Of a stretch of DNA of 64,000 bases, positions 39,663 through 52,893 are shown in pieces. How positions within the stretch are numbered: position 1 is the first letter of the stretch; each line of letters starts with the position of its first letter. The notes beneath the pieces are model-generated. The model had not been told where the DNA came from. It made no database searches and was given only the letters and a program-made list of their open reading frames with translations. Origin of the DNA: Lingula anatina (taxonomy: Eukaryota; Animalia; Brachiopoda); NCBI GenBank assembly GCA_051362555.1, contig CM120648.1, positions 16,488,587-16,552,586 on the forward strand, read 5' to 3'. The translations under genes were made by a program, and so were the position numbers.

Positions 39663-40200
39663 GAATATTTCGACTTTTTTCTGCAGAAGGCTTTTTGCTG
39701 CGAACTTTTACACATTTGGCACGCGGAAAGCAAGCGACTTTAACAATGGAAAATCTTACTAGTATGGTGGCCCCTATTGGATATTTCAACTTTCGACTTT
39801 TCGAGTTTTCGACTTTTTTACCAGTCATATGGCACCTGGGAAGATATTCAGAATGGAGTGCGTGCGCTGCTCAAGATGACGTCGAAGTCGAAATTTTGTA
39901 AATTGCGTAACCTTCGCGGAAGTTCAAGAATTGCACTTTATTCCCTGCATAAGTACCTGGTGAAAATTAAGACATGGTAGCAGAGTTTATTACTCGAAAA
40001 GTCGAAAAGTCGAAATATCCAATAGGGGCCACCATACTAGTAAGATTTTCCATTGTTAAAGTCGCTTGCTTTCCGCGTGCCAAATGTGTAAAATTTCCGC
40101 AGCAAAAAGCCTTCTGCAGAAAAAAGTCGAAATATTCAATAGGGGCCACGAAAAGGCAAAAACTCGAAAAGTCGAAATATCCAATAGGGGCCACCATACT
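39663..40200. repeat. Foldback/inverted repeat containing TAGTATGGTGGCCCCTATTGG transposon termini
   Basis: 39663-39810 is the reverse complement of ~39993-40140; the terminal motif occurs near 39760, 40020, 40138 and 40180. Confidence 0.8.
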
Positions 40201-43135
40201 CTTAATCCATAAAAGCAAATCTATTACATCCAATTTATACGCTCATTTACATGAACAAGTATACAAGAATACCATTTTTATTCACAAAAGTTAACGCAGG
40301 ACAATTACAACACAATGAGAGACAAAGACACCTTCCACACACCATTCACACACTGCACTGCAAAAACAGTGTTTAGCTTCTAAACCCACTTCTAAGTGCC
40401 TGTTTTGTCTCATTTTTTCGCCACGTTTAGCTCATACGAACGTTTAGCTTTTACGCATGTTGCACGCTTTTAGTCTAAACGTGTTTAGCAGTATGGCGGC
40501 TAAATATTATATTTAGGGTGTATATTATGTTAAGCTATAAGTGTTTAGAGTTTCAAGGGTTTTAGGCACACACACACGTATAAGTAACGGTCACAATCGC
40601 TTGTTACATCTACTTATCTATCTATCTATATAGCTATAACAGGATACCGTGAACTATCAACATCATTAACTTTACTCAATTGCACTTAAAGCTGGACTAT
40701 AGCTACATGTAGACTTAATATGTCATTGTTTTCATGCACTGTACACACGGTTACAATGGCGGACATCACCAAATGTGGAGGAAAGACCCAACTGACACAT
40801 GAAAAAGTAATGAAATATGCCTAATAATTCCACCATATTTTCATAACAAATATTCTGATTGGGATGGGGTCATACTTTGTAAATATCCCACAGTTCTTTT
40901 TCTCCTTTAAAATTCCTTATCACCCGTACTTGAAAAAATAAAACTGAAAATGTTTTATAACGGGACTTAAAGCAGTCGACAATTTAAATGCCTACAAAAC
41001 ATAAGAAGTGATATATTAATTCTAACCGAAAAAAAGATGAAGTCTCCACTGATGACAACAGAAGGGAGACCGAGTTTCCAGTTCTCAGATGAAAGCTCTT
41101 GGTTAATGATACCTTTTTTCTGTCACTTAAATGTCAATGCTCTGCATAAGCACGCGGCTGTAAAACTTAAATGTAAGTATTGCTGTTGGGACGACGTAGA
41201 CGCAGTGTACTGTTACAGCTGACTGAGAAGGCATATTGCTCTTTTCCTACTTTCAGAGGCCATTTGCAATCGTCACAATGGAAACTTTGAGGAACCTACC
41301 AACTGCGGGGAATTCGTCTCGTGCGCATACAAGTAGAGTTTTTTTATTATTTGTATATCTTTGGGGGGCCATTCATGGATCAATGACCCTTTAGGCAAAC
41401 TCTTTTGAGTACAATCTTATTTTTGCATTATTTTAAAGTGATGTCGTACTATTAGTTGTAAGTTATTTTATTATGCTCTTTTAAAGTTCTTGTATATAAT
41501 CGTGTACTCAATTAAGTCATTCAAATCAAATCAAATCAACCACGTCTTCCGCCACCGCCAATGCCCCGCCTTCCTCAATTTCAATCTTCAGTTTAATTGG
41601 CCACTTAATACAGTCACGTGCAGGGACCGTCCCACAAAAGAGCAAAAAGGTGCACTGGTGAAAGATAAAGGGTTGAAAGGGGGCGGTGAATGTGATTCTT
41701 TTTTGCGATAGTGATTTTAATCTTTAAGGCCATTTATCTGCCATAGTGTTTTAAATATAGCGATTGTTCTCAGATAAGTTAAAAAACAGAAATGCACTGA
41801 GAAAGCGTTTCAAATCCTATTTTTGTCCCTTTAATTATTTTGCAAATTTGAAAGGCAACCAGTTCCTACTCGGCTATTTGATAATTCTATGACATCGGGT
41901 TCTCATTTCGGTCCATGAGCCAAAATGAAAACAGGCCTTATTTAAGGATTTGGCTGCACTAAGTTTCTAAAAAGCAAAATGACATTGCAATACAGATAAA
42001 TTAATCAAAAAATAAATGTTTTTAATTTACTTATTATTCAATTTGATGTTTTTCAACATGCAAATCAAAATAATGTGCGTTTTATATCCAGAAATTGGCA
42101 GCCGTTTTGGATTTTTCAACCCTGAACAAAATCTCAAAACAATTAAAATTATTCAGTCATACATTTCATACTATGACCTGTGCAATAAATCCTCCATTAA
42201 GTAGTCTGAGATGTTTTATAGTAAGAAAGGCTTGTTAACATGTCAAAACAAAAAGCCCATTTTACGTGATGGCCATCTTGGATTAGAGCCATCTGTGTTC
42301 AAATATACAACTTTATGATAAATTAACTGGTAAAAATTAAATATATAGACTTCAACGTATTCAAATACATCAAAACATGTAAAATATTCCTAATTTTTGG
42401 TTAATAAAAAATTTCAAATTTAGGTATTTGTATTTTTTTCACAAAAAGTAAGGAAAATGGCCGCCATCTTGGATTCAGTCACCATCTTGAAAAATGTTAA
42501 ATGCCTGAAAATTCAAAGAAGGCCTTAGTACTTGTGATCAGTGCAAATTTTGATAACATTAAGTTGTTAAGTAACTTTTAAATCAATTTTTGTATTTACA
42601 GTTGACACATGAATTTATTGGCGGCCATCTTTGATTTTGCTTTTTTCCGGTACAAACGGACACTTTTGCAAGCCGGAAACAAGCAGAAATGAAAAATTCA
42701 GGTTCGGTTCCAAAGTACAAGAATCAATCATGAAACCTTTGCCTGACGGGGGTGCAGCCAAATTGGATTTTTGGCCTTTGGCTCATAAAATGTAAATCGT
42801 TTTCAAGAAATTAAATTTGACTTCTAGCTACGATCGAGACGCAACTTTTCGACCTCGGATGGCTTTTTTTCATCGAAACGCCAAAGCCTTTGAGAAGTGG
42901 CCGAAAACTATGCTGTAAGGTCAAAAACACCTTTATTCTCTCTAGTTACCGTTTGTTATCATCATAGTGACTGTTTTAGTTAAACACAATCTACTGATAA
43001 TTTGAAAATAAAGTTTAAACATATTTATATATGAACCTATAGTAAGTCTATCACAAGCTAAGCACGAGAGGCTGCTAAACATATGGAGCTGCTATAGGTG
43101 TGGAATTCGTGAACGTGTGAAGCTGCTGAACAATA

Positions 43136-43268
43136 CCCTCTACCAGGGCTGCAGGTATTGTGGACATTTTTTGCTGAGGCGACATCAGACCGAAATGACT
43201 GTCTATTTATCTAGAGATATATCTGTGAATATCTGTGAAAAATCAATCTGTCGCCCTGGTAGAGGGTA
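43136..43268. mobile_element. MITE with TACCCTCTAC(CAGGG) TIRs; second copy at 50937-51039
   Basis: TACCCTCTACCAGGG..CCCTGGTAGAGGGTA; an inverted homologous copy lies in the intron after the NHL exon. Confidence 0.75.
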
Positions 43269-43759
43269 GCTGAACAACACGTTTAGCTTTTCAAGCTTCT
43301 TTCAGAAGAATTAAAAATGTTTAACATGCTAAGAAGTGTCGCACATTTAGCTTTGTGATTAGTTTCACCGGTCCCATAGGTTTATTACAATGCTCAACAT
43401 TTTGGCTTAACACTTCCATTTGTAAACGTGTGGAGCTGTTGAAGGCGTGGAGCAGCCTGCTCGAACGCTGGTGCCCTTCCTTGCAGTAACGCGTGCTTAT
43501 TTAAAACTTGGACATGACCAAGTTTAAAATAGGCCTATTAAAGATGCAAACAAAATCAATTTTTTTCACAAAAACCGACCAAATGTCAGCATATAGTTTC
43601 AAACAGTATAATTAAGAAAATTACCAAAAGGCATTGTTTAATATTACCCCCAAAAAATGATGTCTGAAGGAATTTTTCTGCTAGCTTACTATCCTGTATA
43701 TACAAGGGGCAGAATAATAGGTCACATTAGTAGGTTAAATTTCTGACCAAAAAAATTAA

Positions 43760-44713
43760 TATATTGTTTATTTCACTGTATTTCAGGCCTACGGGCCAAG
43801 AGTACATCAATTGAGTTCTATTTATAATAATACTGAGCAGACTACACAGGAATATATATCATAAACGACACAAATCACTTATCTAAAAAACATCTCTTAA
43901 TTTCTCAGCATAATATATAAAGGTCGCAAGTCTTTTATAAAGTCACCTTTATGTGATGACAGAGCAGTCGCTAGTGACAATGTTGTAATCTCGGAAATAT
44001 AGCGTTCCCTCAGACCGTTATATAAACTACATGACATTAACACGTGTTCCTCATTCTCAATAATTGTTATGCCATCAGAAAGACATGCAGCACATGCTCT
44101 ATTTTCTCCACCTACACTGGCATACCGACCCTTCTCAATAGTCTACAACCTGTAAATAGTGGTTTGATATTCTGAACTTGCAGTAGGCTCTTCTATGTTC
44201 TGCTATGGACACAAAAGATAAGTATTCCTCAAATACCAAATCTAGCTTAAATGAGCTGTAGGTCCTTAGCTTGCCTGATTCGCGTACCAATTCTGCCTGC
44301 TTATATCCAATAATCGTTGTCTAAACTGTTCTATAAAAAGTTCCACATTTCCACATCCTTGGTTTTCCCATACTACTCCAAATCCATATGAATATAAAAG
44401 ATGCTTGATGTCACTCGCCCATGTTTGCCTCCCACTACTATCTAAGTCAAACAGTAACTTGTAGTATGACTTCGGTAGCCTACCGTCGTCCATACACAAA
44501 AGCTTGAACCAATACTTAAGACATTTGACTTGATAATCTATGTATAGAGGGTAACGACCACATTCCCCAAAAACTGCTTGTGTGCTTGCATTATCCGATA
44601 CCATCAATAATCTTTTACAAAACTTAACTTGAACATTCTATTGATTCGGATATTTCATAACCCCATATTTCTGCTCCATATGTAAGTATGGGTTTTATTA
44701 TTGAATCAAATAT
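43760..44713 (-). mobile_element. 5'-truncated LINE fragment
   Basis: IFDSIIKPILTYGAEIWG, AVFGECGRYPL, LKYWFKLL, YGFGVVWENQ ORF2 motifs. Confidence 0.85.
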
Positions 44714-45657
44714 CAGCATATAGTTTCAAACAGTATAATTAAGAAAATTGCCAGAAGGCATTGTTTAATATTACCCAAAAAAATGATGTCTGAATGAATT
44801 TTTCTGCTAGCTTACTATCCTGTATATACATGTACAAGGGGCAGAATAATAGGTCACATTAGTAGGTTAAATTTCTGACCAAAAATTTAAAGAGCAGTCT
44901 AAAGCTCTTTTATGGCTGATTGAGTGATTTATTCACTTTATCCCTTGGCATGTCCACTTTAGTTCAGTCGTATAAGAATCTAGTAGAAGTGGTTTATATA
45001 TGTCAGTGTATGAAATGGCCGCCAGCCCGAGGCTGGTAACTTTCAGGCCGGGAGGGTAAGATTTACAAATTACCCGCCCGACGGGCTGGCTATTTTTTCA
45101 GCCTATTTTCACCTTTTATGTTCACAAGCGATTTCAGCAAAATACCCACTTTCATAGAAGCAAATAACTAACCATAGCGCTCGTATCGAAATGTAACCAA
45201 CAATCTCCCTCTAAGTGGCCTCGTTTCGAAGTTCCGTCTGTATGATATGAAGTTGAAAGACAATTTGAAACGAGGCACATTGTTCTTAACCAGCTTCAGG
45301 GCACAGCATTGTTTTGGGACCCATGGAAAGGTGATTTAGATTTGCAATGAGTCGAGCGGCAACATTTTTTTAAAGCGTAACTCGAAAGTGTCACGCATTG
45401 CGACCGAGCGCAAGCATCTTGATCCAATAACTCGCCCATACTCGCCCCATATAATATATTGTAGCCTCTATGTGATATAGCTATTCTCATTAAGCGATGC
45501 TTTCGAGATACGGGGCCCTGCAGGTCTGTCTATGGGCCATTAGCGTGCAGGACTATTCCCGACCGCTTTTTAAAGCTTAAAAGCGATATTCAAAGGGACC
45601 CTACGTGCTGAATTCTTTCTTCTTTATTGTCAGCACAGAGATCGATTTATTTGACAA

Positions 45658-45659
<2 letters not shown>

Positions 45660-45744
<85 letters not shown>
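45660..45744. repeat. (TA)n microsatellite
   Basis: Pure TA run; other simple repeats at 54533-54604, 58392-58430, 62763-62804, (TG)n 3115-3149, (TAA)n ~17515-17546. Confidence 0.97.
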
Positions 45745-45747
<3 letters not shown>

Positions 45748-47530
45748 TCATACTTGTTGCTATACAGAAAAGCAAAAATTATGATCAAATGATATCACGA
45801 AATCGGAATAAAAGTTGTGAATAAATTATTGAAGAAGAATGAGACAGCCTGCAAGGTGAACATAAACTGGATTGACTACCCCCCCTCCCCCGCCCGCTAA
45901 AGGGCCCTGAAAATTTTTGGTATTTTAGATGGTGAATGGTGCCATTTGGTATGGTTTAGAACTACATATGTACGATTCAACTAGTGAATATGTGTTACTG
46001 GCAATCAACATTATGGTAACGTTATGGGTGTTTTTAACTCCATGCAAAATGATGTCCCAGATGACAGAAAACATTATAGTAATTTGTAGAAATATTTGAA
46101 GACCGTTTCTACAAAATTTTATTATAATGTTATTTGTGGAGTTTTATCAGCGTTTTTATAACATTCTAGAAAAACTTAATATAATGTTTTGAATTTTTTT
46201 TTCATAAATAACCAAAACACGTCTTATGCTGTATGAACTACGTACAGTTAGGCTACGGGTTAATTCCAAAATGGGCTTGGGGTTAGTCGGCGACTAGAGC
46301 GTTGCGAATTGTAGCTAGAATATTCGGACTATCGGTACCGAAATAACCAGCATGTGATGAAAGCTTAAATAAACTATTATAATGAATACCCCGCCGTCAT
46401 CCTGGTGTTCTGTTGTTCATTACTTCCGGAAAAAATAGACATCAATACCATAACTCATTTTATCAAATTATGAAAAAAAGGTGTTTTAAGGTAAAAGTGA
46501 TAGTTGTTTTGTGTCTGTAGTGAACAAGTGAATTTTCGTACTTTGTTTTTTCAGAAATACATTCCAATAAACTTCCTGGCAAGTTCAGCTAACACAAGAA
46601 TGAATAACCCTTGCTGTAAAAGTTATGGTGTAAAGTCAACGATGTTGACAGTTCACGGTACCCTGTTATGGATAGAGATAGCTACAGCAGTTAAAGGTGA
46701 CCGTGAGTTCGTGTGTGTGTGAATGTGTGTGTGACTAAAACATTTGAAACCCTTAGCACCTAAAAGTTAAATAAATATATCTACATTTATTAGGCGTCAA
46801 ACGCCTCAAAGCGTGTAATATGTTAAGGAGCTAAACGCCTCGAAAAAATGAGACAAAACAGGCGCTTAGAAATGTGTTTAGGAGCTAAACTGTTTTTACA
46901 GTGTACATGTACATGCATACATTTAACTCTGTGGTGCAAAGTGCATGATAAGGTCAGAAGTTATTGATGCATGTGAGTTGTTCAAAGATATGTGGGATTT
47001 TGAACAGATATATCAAGGAGACAAAATTTGTACTTTTTGAAAAAATGAAGTTATTAAAAATATCAAGAAAAAAGATTTTCTGGTCCCAGCTGTGCCGTTC
47101 TCTCCGAAATGCGACTGTTGTGAGCGAGTGCCATCTGACACTGTCGAGAAGTATGTTTTTTTAGAAACTGAACGGTTCTCTACACCTCAATCCGCCACCT
47201 ATCTATTTCAAAACGGGGCGGAGGGGGTGTGTGTCTCTGTTCACATATGGTTTCCATTACGCTTATCAAGAGCCTGAGACGGAAAACGGTGCCATTGTAG
47301 ATAAAAAGGAAAATTAATATATTTAACACATAAATCATATAAAATGCAACTGTAAACCCTGACGAAGTCGGTCTTTCATGTTTACACGGAAAAGCACTTA
47401 GTCCACAAAAACCACTCGCTGTCCCATCTATTAACACCTGGCCTGTAGTGCCTGTGGCCTGTGGTGCCGTTTCCACCATTTTCTGACCTGTCCTGCCGTT
47501 TCTCCAAAAGCGAGGTACTATTTATGGAAG

Positions 47531-47575
47531 GGGAATTCCCAAATGACGTCATCATAGCGCATGCGCATTATAAGA
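47531..47575 (+). promoter_or_regulatory. Candidate promoter: NF-kB site, CRE/ATF site, NRF1 site, TATA-like box
   Basis: GGGAATTCCC (47531-40), TGACGTCA (47544-51), GCGCATGCGC (47557-66), TATAAG (47569-74), then a strong donor ATG|GTGAGT at 47650/51. Confidence 0.6.
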
Positions 47576-47802
47576 AAACATTAAAGTCTGGTTTAGTTGC
47601 TAGTGGAGATCCTCAAAGGACTGCAGAGAGTTATCTTTAACCATCTCATGGTGAGTTAAACATGGTTTATTTTTAAATTTTATAACATATGAAATAAGCT
47701 ACGATGTAGAGCAAAGTTTGTCCAAACGTTTACATACCGTAACCACATTTGCACTAGACTGCTGACATCAACTACACGTATTGTATTTTTAAAAATTCTT
47801 CC

Positions 47803-49240
47803 CTCTTCAATCTTTTTCTAAGCGACCTACCTAATATTTTTGATGTTTATAAAGAAAATGGCCCTGCCTATTTAAATAACAAACCTGTAAGCTGCCTCAT
47901 GTACGCTGACGACCTGGTCCTCATCTCAACACTCCCTAAACCTACGTACCTGTACTCCACAATTACTGCGCCAAATGGAAACTTATCATCAATATATAAC
48001 AAAAACCAAAATCATGATATTTAATAAGGCTGGCCACCTCTTGAAAACCAACCAATTTAAGTTTGGCACAAATCCGGTAGAACTTACCTCCAAATATTGT
48101 TACCTCGGTCTGACCTTCACTCCATCTGGCAAATTCACCAAGGCTATGGAGTATCTTAAAAATAAAGCACTCAAAGCATTTTTCAAATTAAGAAATCAGC
48201 TATTTTCAGCGCCCACTAAAATTGCCTAAAAGTTATTCAAATCACTCCTACTTCCAGTCCTTAGCTATGGGTGCGAAACTTGGGCCCCTTACTTACTACG
48301 TAATTTAATATGACCATTGAAAAAATTTTTAATATATGCGAAAAGCCCCCTGCTGAACTCGTCCACCTAAAAACCTGTAAAACAATATCTAGTAGATGGT
48401 CAATCTACTTTAGTCACTGATGCTCTGTCCTCTTCTGCATGGTGTGTTTACATGGTCCTCTGGTATAAAAACTGTTCTTAACATGAACAACCTGGGAAAG
48501 ATATGGACAAATCCAGTTTCAATACCTGCTAAGATAGCTCAGGCCCTGACCAAAAAGTCTCTGCACTCTGTATATCAGGACCAGTGGGCTATATTGATGA
48601 GCAGAATGGGTAGTGATAATAAACTAAGAACCTATGTTAAATTTAAGAAGGAATTTATGTGTGAAAATTACACCCACATGGCCCCAGAAAATATCACAGC
48701 TAACTTCTGCAAATACTGTGTGAGTGCCCACAATATCTCTATTGAATGGGGCAGGTACTGCAAGCCAAAAATCCCTGCAGAGTTGAGATTTTGTAAACTT
48801 TGTGATTCAAATAAAGTAGAAGATGACTTCCACCTCCTGCTAGAGTGCAAACCATATGATTCAATATGTGATCCCTTCAGAGGGCAGCTGTCAGAGTTCC
48901 TACCCCTAGGCGACCTCAGCAGTAATGAACTGTTTAATTTTCTTATGGGTGCTCAGGACATAGATATTCTTAGAATGGTTGTGTTTTGTAAATAGATGCT
49001 TCCAACAAAGAGAACAGGCCCTGCATTTCCAGTGTATTTTATTCAAATTCATCACCTATAGGTTATCATTATACATTTCATATATATATCTTTTTTTATA
49101 AACTAACTTATTGGTATTGTTCTACATGTAAACATTGAAGTCATATATATTTATTCATTTACTTGTTTGTACTTTTATAGTTAGATGTAATGTCTTTGAT
49201 TGTACCTTATTTGTGAAGGTGTATCAATGAAGAATCCCAG
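47803..49240 (+). mobile_element. Degenerate LINE (RT and C-terminal zinc knuckle)
   Basis: LFNLFLSDL, CLMYADDLVLIS (~47890-47930), KTKIMIF, YCYLGLTF, LSYGCETW, KLRTYVKFK, RFCKLC..VEDDFHLLLEC; contains stops and frameshifts. Confidence 0.9.
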
Positions 49241-49907
49241 GACATGTATCTAGTAAATGTCCATTTATAGTGGCCTTGGTAACAGTTACAAGAGGGTGCA
49301 AATCAGAAGTGTTCAACCACTAACCCCTTATTAGGTGATAGGCACGTGTGGCTGTGTTTGATCCCCTGCTGGGAAGGAGTAGGGACCTCTTTCGTCTGAT
49401 AGTTATCACACTTAAATGTCTTCTAGCTTGCGGCTAAGTGTCGTTTGCACTGTCTTCAAGAATTATATATCATTATTTTTATTGTTGACATTGCTGTTGT
49501 TTTTCTTTACAGCACAATCTTTACTCCTTGCAGACACCTGTTTTAAAATTGACATTCTACTGGCACCTGAACTCGCTGTGTCATCTATTATCCACTGCTC
49601 TGTGATGCTGTTTTGATTCTCGTGACCTGTGGTGCCGTTTCCACCATTTTATGTCCTGTCCTGTCCTTTCTCCTAAGCAAGTCGGTGTTATATGTGATAA
49701 ACGGGTACAATCTCTGTCCAGGAAGTAACAGGACAGAGATTGTGAGAAAATGCTAAACACATGTGACAAAGAAAGAGATATGATCCAATCGACTTGTAGG
49801 TATATGGAGCAAGTGTTTATGTTACTGTGATCTCCAAGCTGCAGCACCAGAAGTAAACATAAAGTTTAGCAATCGCTGACAGAAATATTACAGGATCTAC
49901 TGTCGGA

Positions 49908-50873
49908 ATGGAAGCCATGTTAGGGCAGTCTAGACGAGGTGTAAATCCAAGATCAGGACAGGTGACAGTACAGACACAACCTCCATTAGCTGAACAGGAA
50001 ACAAATACAACATCAGCTACACATCCTCATGTTTTCTTAGAGAAGGCAGAATGTGTGCATTCCTTCAGTGCTGTAAAACAGACAGATGAGAGAAGAATTG
50101 GCATATATGGGTTCACTGTAGATAAGGAACACCTGTTTGTTGTGGATAATGAACACAACAGAATAAAAGTATTCACACATAAAGGGCAGTTTAAGTTTGA
50201 CATTGAAGTAAAAATTCCATATGATGTGGCTGTGTCACAGACTGGTCACCTGTATATAACGTCAAGGGGTGACAGATGTGTCCAAGTGTTCTCCACCAGA
50301 GGTCAGCAGGTGACAACCATGGGTCAGGGTTTACTGGAGGATCCACGGGGTATTACACTGAACAGACAAGGTCATGTGATGGTTTGTGACATGAGAAAGA
50401 AGTCCATCTTCATATTCCATGCAGACAGTGGACAGCTCCTGAACACTATTTCCCTCAGTATGTGTGAGGAACCAGAGTATATCACAGTAAACAGTTTGAA
50501 TGATAACATTGTGATACAAGACTGGTTGGGACAATGTGTACTTGTGCTGTCACCTACTGGTGATCATCTGTACCAGTGTTTCACAAGAGAAGGCAGTGCT
50601 GATGATGAGCCGAGATTACCACATGGAGTGTGCACAGACAGCTATGGTCACATCTTCTATGCCGACATGGATAACCACAGTATAGTGGCACTGAGTCCAA
50701 AGGGACAGTTTATCAGATACATTGTCACTAAGGATGATGGGTTGAAGAATCCCAATTCAGTAGAAATCAGCCCTGCTGGCCAAATGGTGGTGGGAGAAAG
50801 AAATGGTACTGTGAAGAAATTCAAGTACGTTCAACAGAAAGGAGGTGAGAAAAATGTTTCAATTGTGGACTGA

Positions 50874-50909
<36 letters not shown>

Positions 50910-52858
50910 ATATTTTGTAATTTTACCAGTTTTTCTACCCTCTACCAGGGCGACAGATAGATTTTTTACAGATGTTCACAGATATGTGTCTAGATCTAAA
51001 GCTATATAGATAGACGGTCATTTTGGTCTGTAGAGGGTACAGTTTTTCAATGGTTTTAACCATAAATATATTTCAGTTTTAAGTTTTCTATTTCAGTTTT
51101 AACATTTTAAGCATGAAATCATTTTCCACACAGCTAGGTGTTAGTAAAACTGTATGTAGAGAGAAACTTGTATAGTGAATACGGTAATTCTTCAATCTTT
51201 ACGATGGGGAAAATAATTGTCTTGCCGGAAAATTCATTTCCTTCGATTAGCATTTTACGTGTAACGGTGCATTTTAGATGGTATGCCACTGATAACTGCC
51301 ATGTTAAACTATCAAAACTATTTCCAAAAGGGACACAAATATAATTATACAGGGAAGGAACCAGGATTATTTAAAGGGGAGGGGGGGGAGGTTGGACTTT
51401 TCAGGAATGACAAGCCTCGGATGCAAAGCCAACCCTCGGCCCCTTGGAATGTTTTGGAGGGCAAACAGTGCCACTGGGAACAGATAAGAACTATAAATTA
51501 GCTAGTCAAAATTCTAATTCCAGGAGGGGAATATCAGTGTTATTTTTTTTTCAGAAACCGAAGGGGGAGGGGGGTGTCAGGACCGCCCTGTGAACGCCCG
51601 TAGTGCATTATTTATTGAACATAACATTTTACTCATTCTCATAGCAACGCTTATTTTACTCTCCCCTTGTGGTTTTTTTATAGGCATGCCTTTATATCTG
51701 GTATATTTCATTTTAAATATCCAGTCTGTATTTGAAACAATATTGTGACATTTATTTGGGTTTTGTATCAAAATTATGACTTAAAATGCAGCTTTAATGT
51801 TTCAGATCAGTTTTCAGAGGAAATCAATAGACAAGACCCACTACTGCAAGAAGCCTATCAACGAGCATGTAAGGATGGCTTTGAAAGAGTGAAAAGGGCA
51901 AGGGTGATGCTGCTAGGCCATTACGGTGCAGGTAAAACACGCCTGAGAAAGCGGCTACTCGGACAAGAATATGATGAAGAGAATGATCCAATCACTAATG
52001 GTATAGAAACTGACTACGTTCTTGTAAAGGAGGGTTGGAATTCAGATGAAGCTGGTAAGAATAACTGTAGCAATTCAGACAGAAAAAAATGTTTCAATAT
52101 CAAAATTCATTTTTCACCTAAATCTTAATTTTAATGGACAATTTAAGGACACTTCTTTTAATAACTCCTTGTTTATCATTTATTTGAAGTAATCTTAATA
52201 TTCAGCATATATTTTCTACTTGTTCATCATTTCATGTGCCTTTGTATATAAATATGTATTTCATGACAAATAATAAAATGTTTAAATCTGTAGAGTGTCA
52301 TGGGCCAGCAATATCACATTTGCTTGCTGTTAACACAAGAAAGATACACGGGGAAATCCGGGCAAGTCATGCAGGTACGGTAGTATGTGTACAATTATCT
52401 ACTAGAACTAGAACATGTATTGGTAATAGTGCCTTGATGATTAACTGCAGAAACATTTTGCTAATTTGAAACAAGAAATAGTAAATCAAAAAAGAATATA
52501 TATATATATATATATACAATGTAAGATAATATTAAAAATACGATGAAATGCATATATTCTTGGAATCCTTTTAATGAACATTGAATTAATTTGAATTTTT
52601 GAATGAATTACTGTAGAGCTAAAAGGTGGTCAAGTTGTGGAGGCAACTAATGCACCAACATCAGAGAAAGTGGAGAAATGTAAGTACTCTGAGATGTAGT
52701 GGTAAATAACTTGCAGGAACATGAGTTAGCTGAAGTCAGAAGCTCCTATACCGTCCTAAAATGTCATCCTGAAGTACTCTGTAGAAGAACCTCAATTGTG
52801 ATGGTCTCTTTGTGTGTCAGGATGCCTTTTTAGAAATAATCCTTAGTCTGTTTCCATT

Positions 52859-52893
<35 letters not shown>

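Larger units (their letters stand above)
40356..46903. mobile_element. Large non-autonomous CACTG-terminated (CMC/EnSpm-like) element with nested insertions
   Basis: Long imperfect TIRs CACTGCAAAAACAG..TTTAGC..CTAAGTGCCTGTTTTGTCTCATTTTTTCG versus CGAAAAAATGAGACAAAACAGGCGCTTAG..CTGTTTTTACAGTG; no clean TSD and no transposase seen. Confidence 0.7.

Noticed and set aside
39533-40294. Mirror-image ORFs on both strands
   Set aside because: They are a by-product of the foldback repeat and show no protein motifs.
45627-45824. YIYI-repeat ORFs (also 54393-54665)
   Set aside because: These are translations of (TA)n microsatellites.
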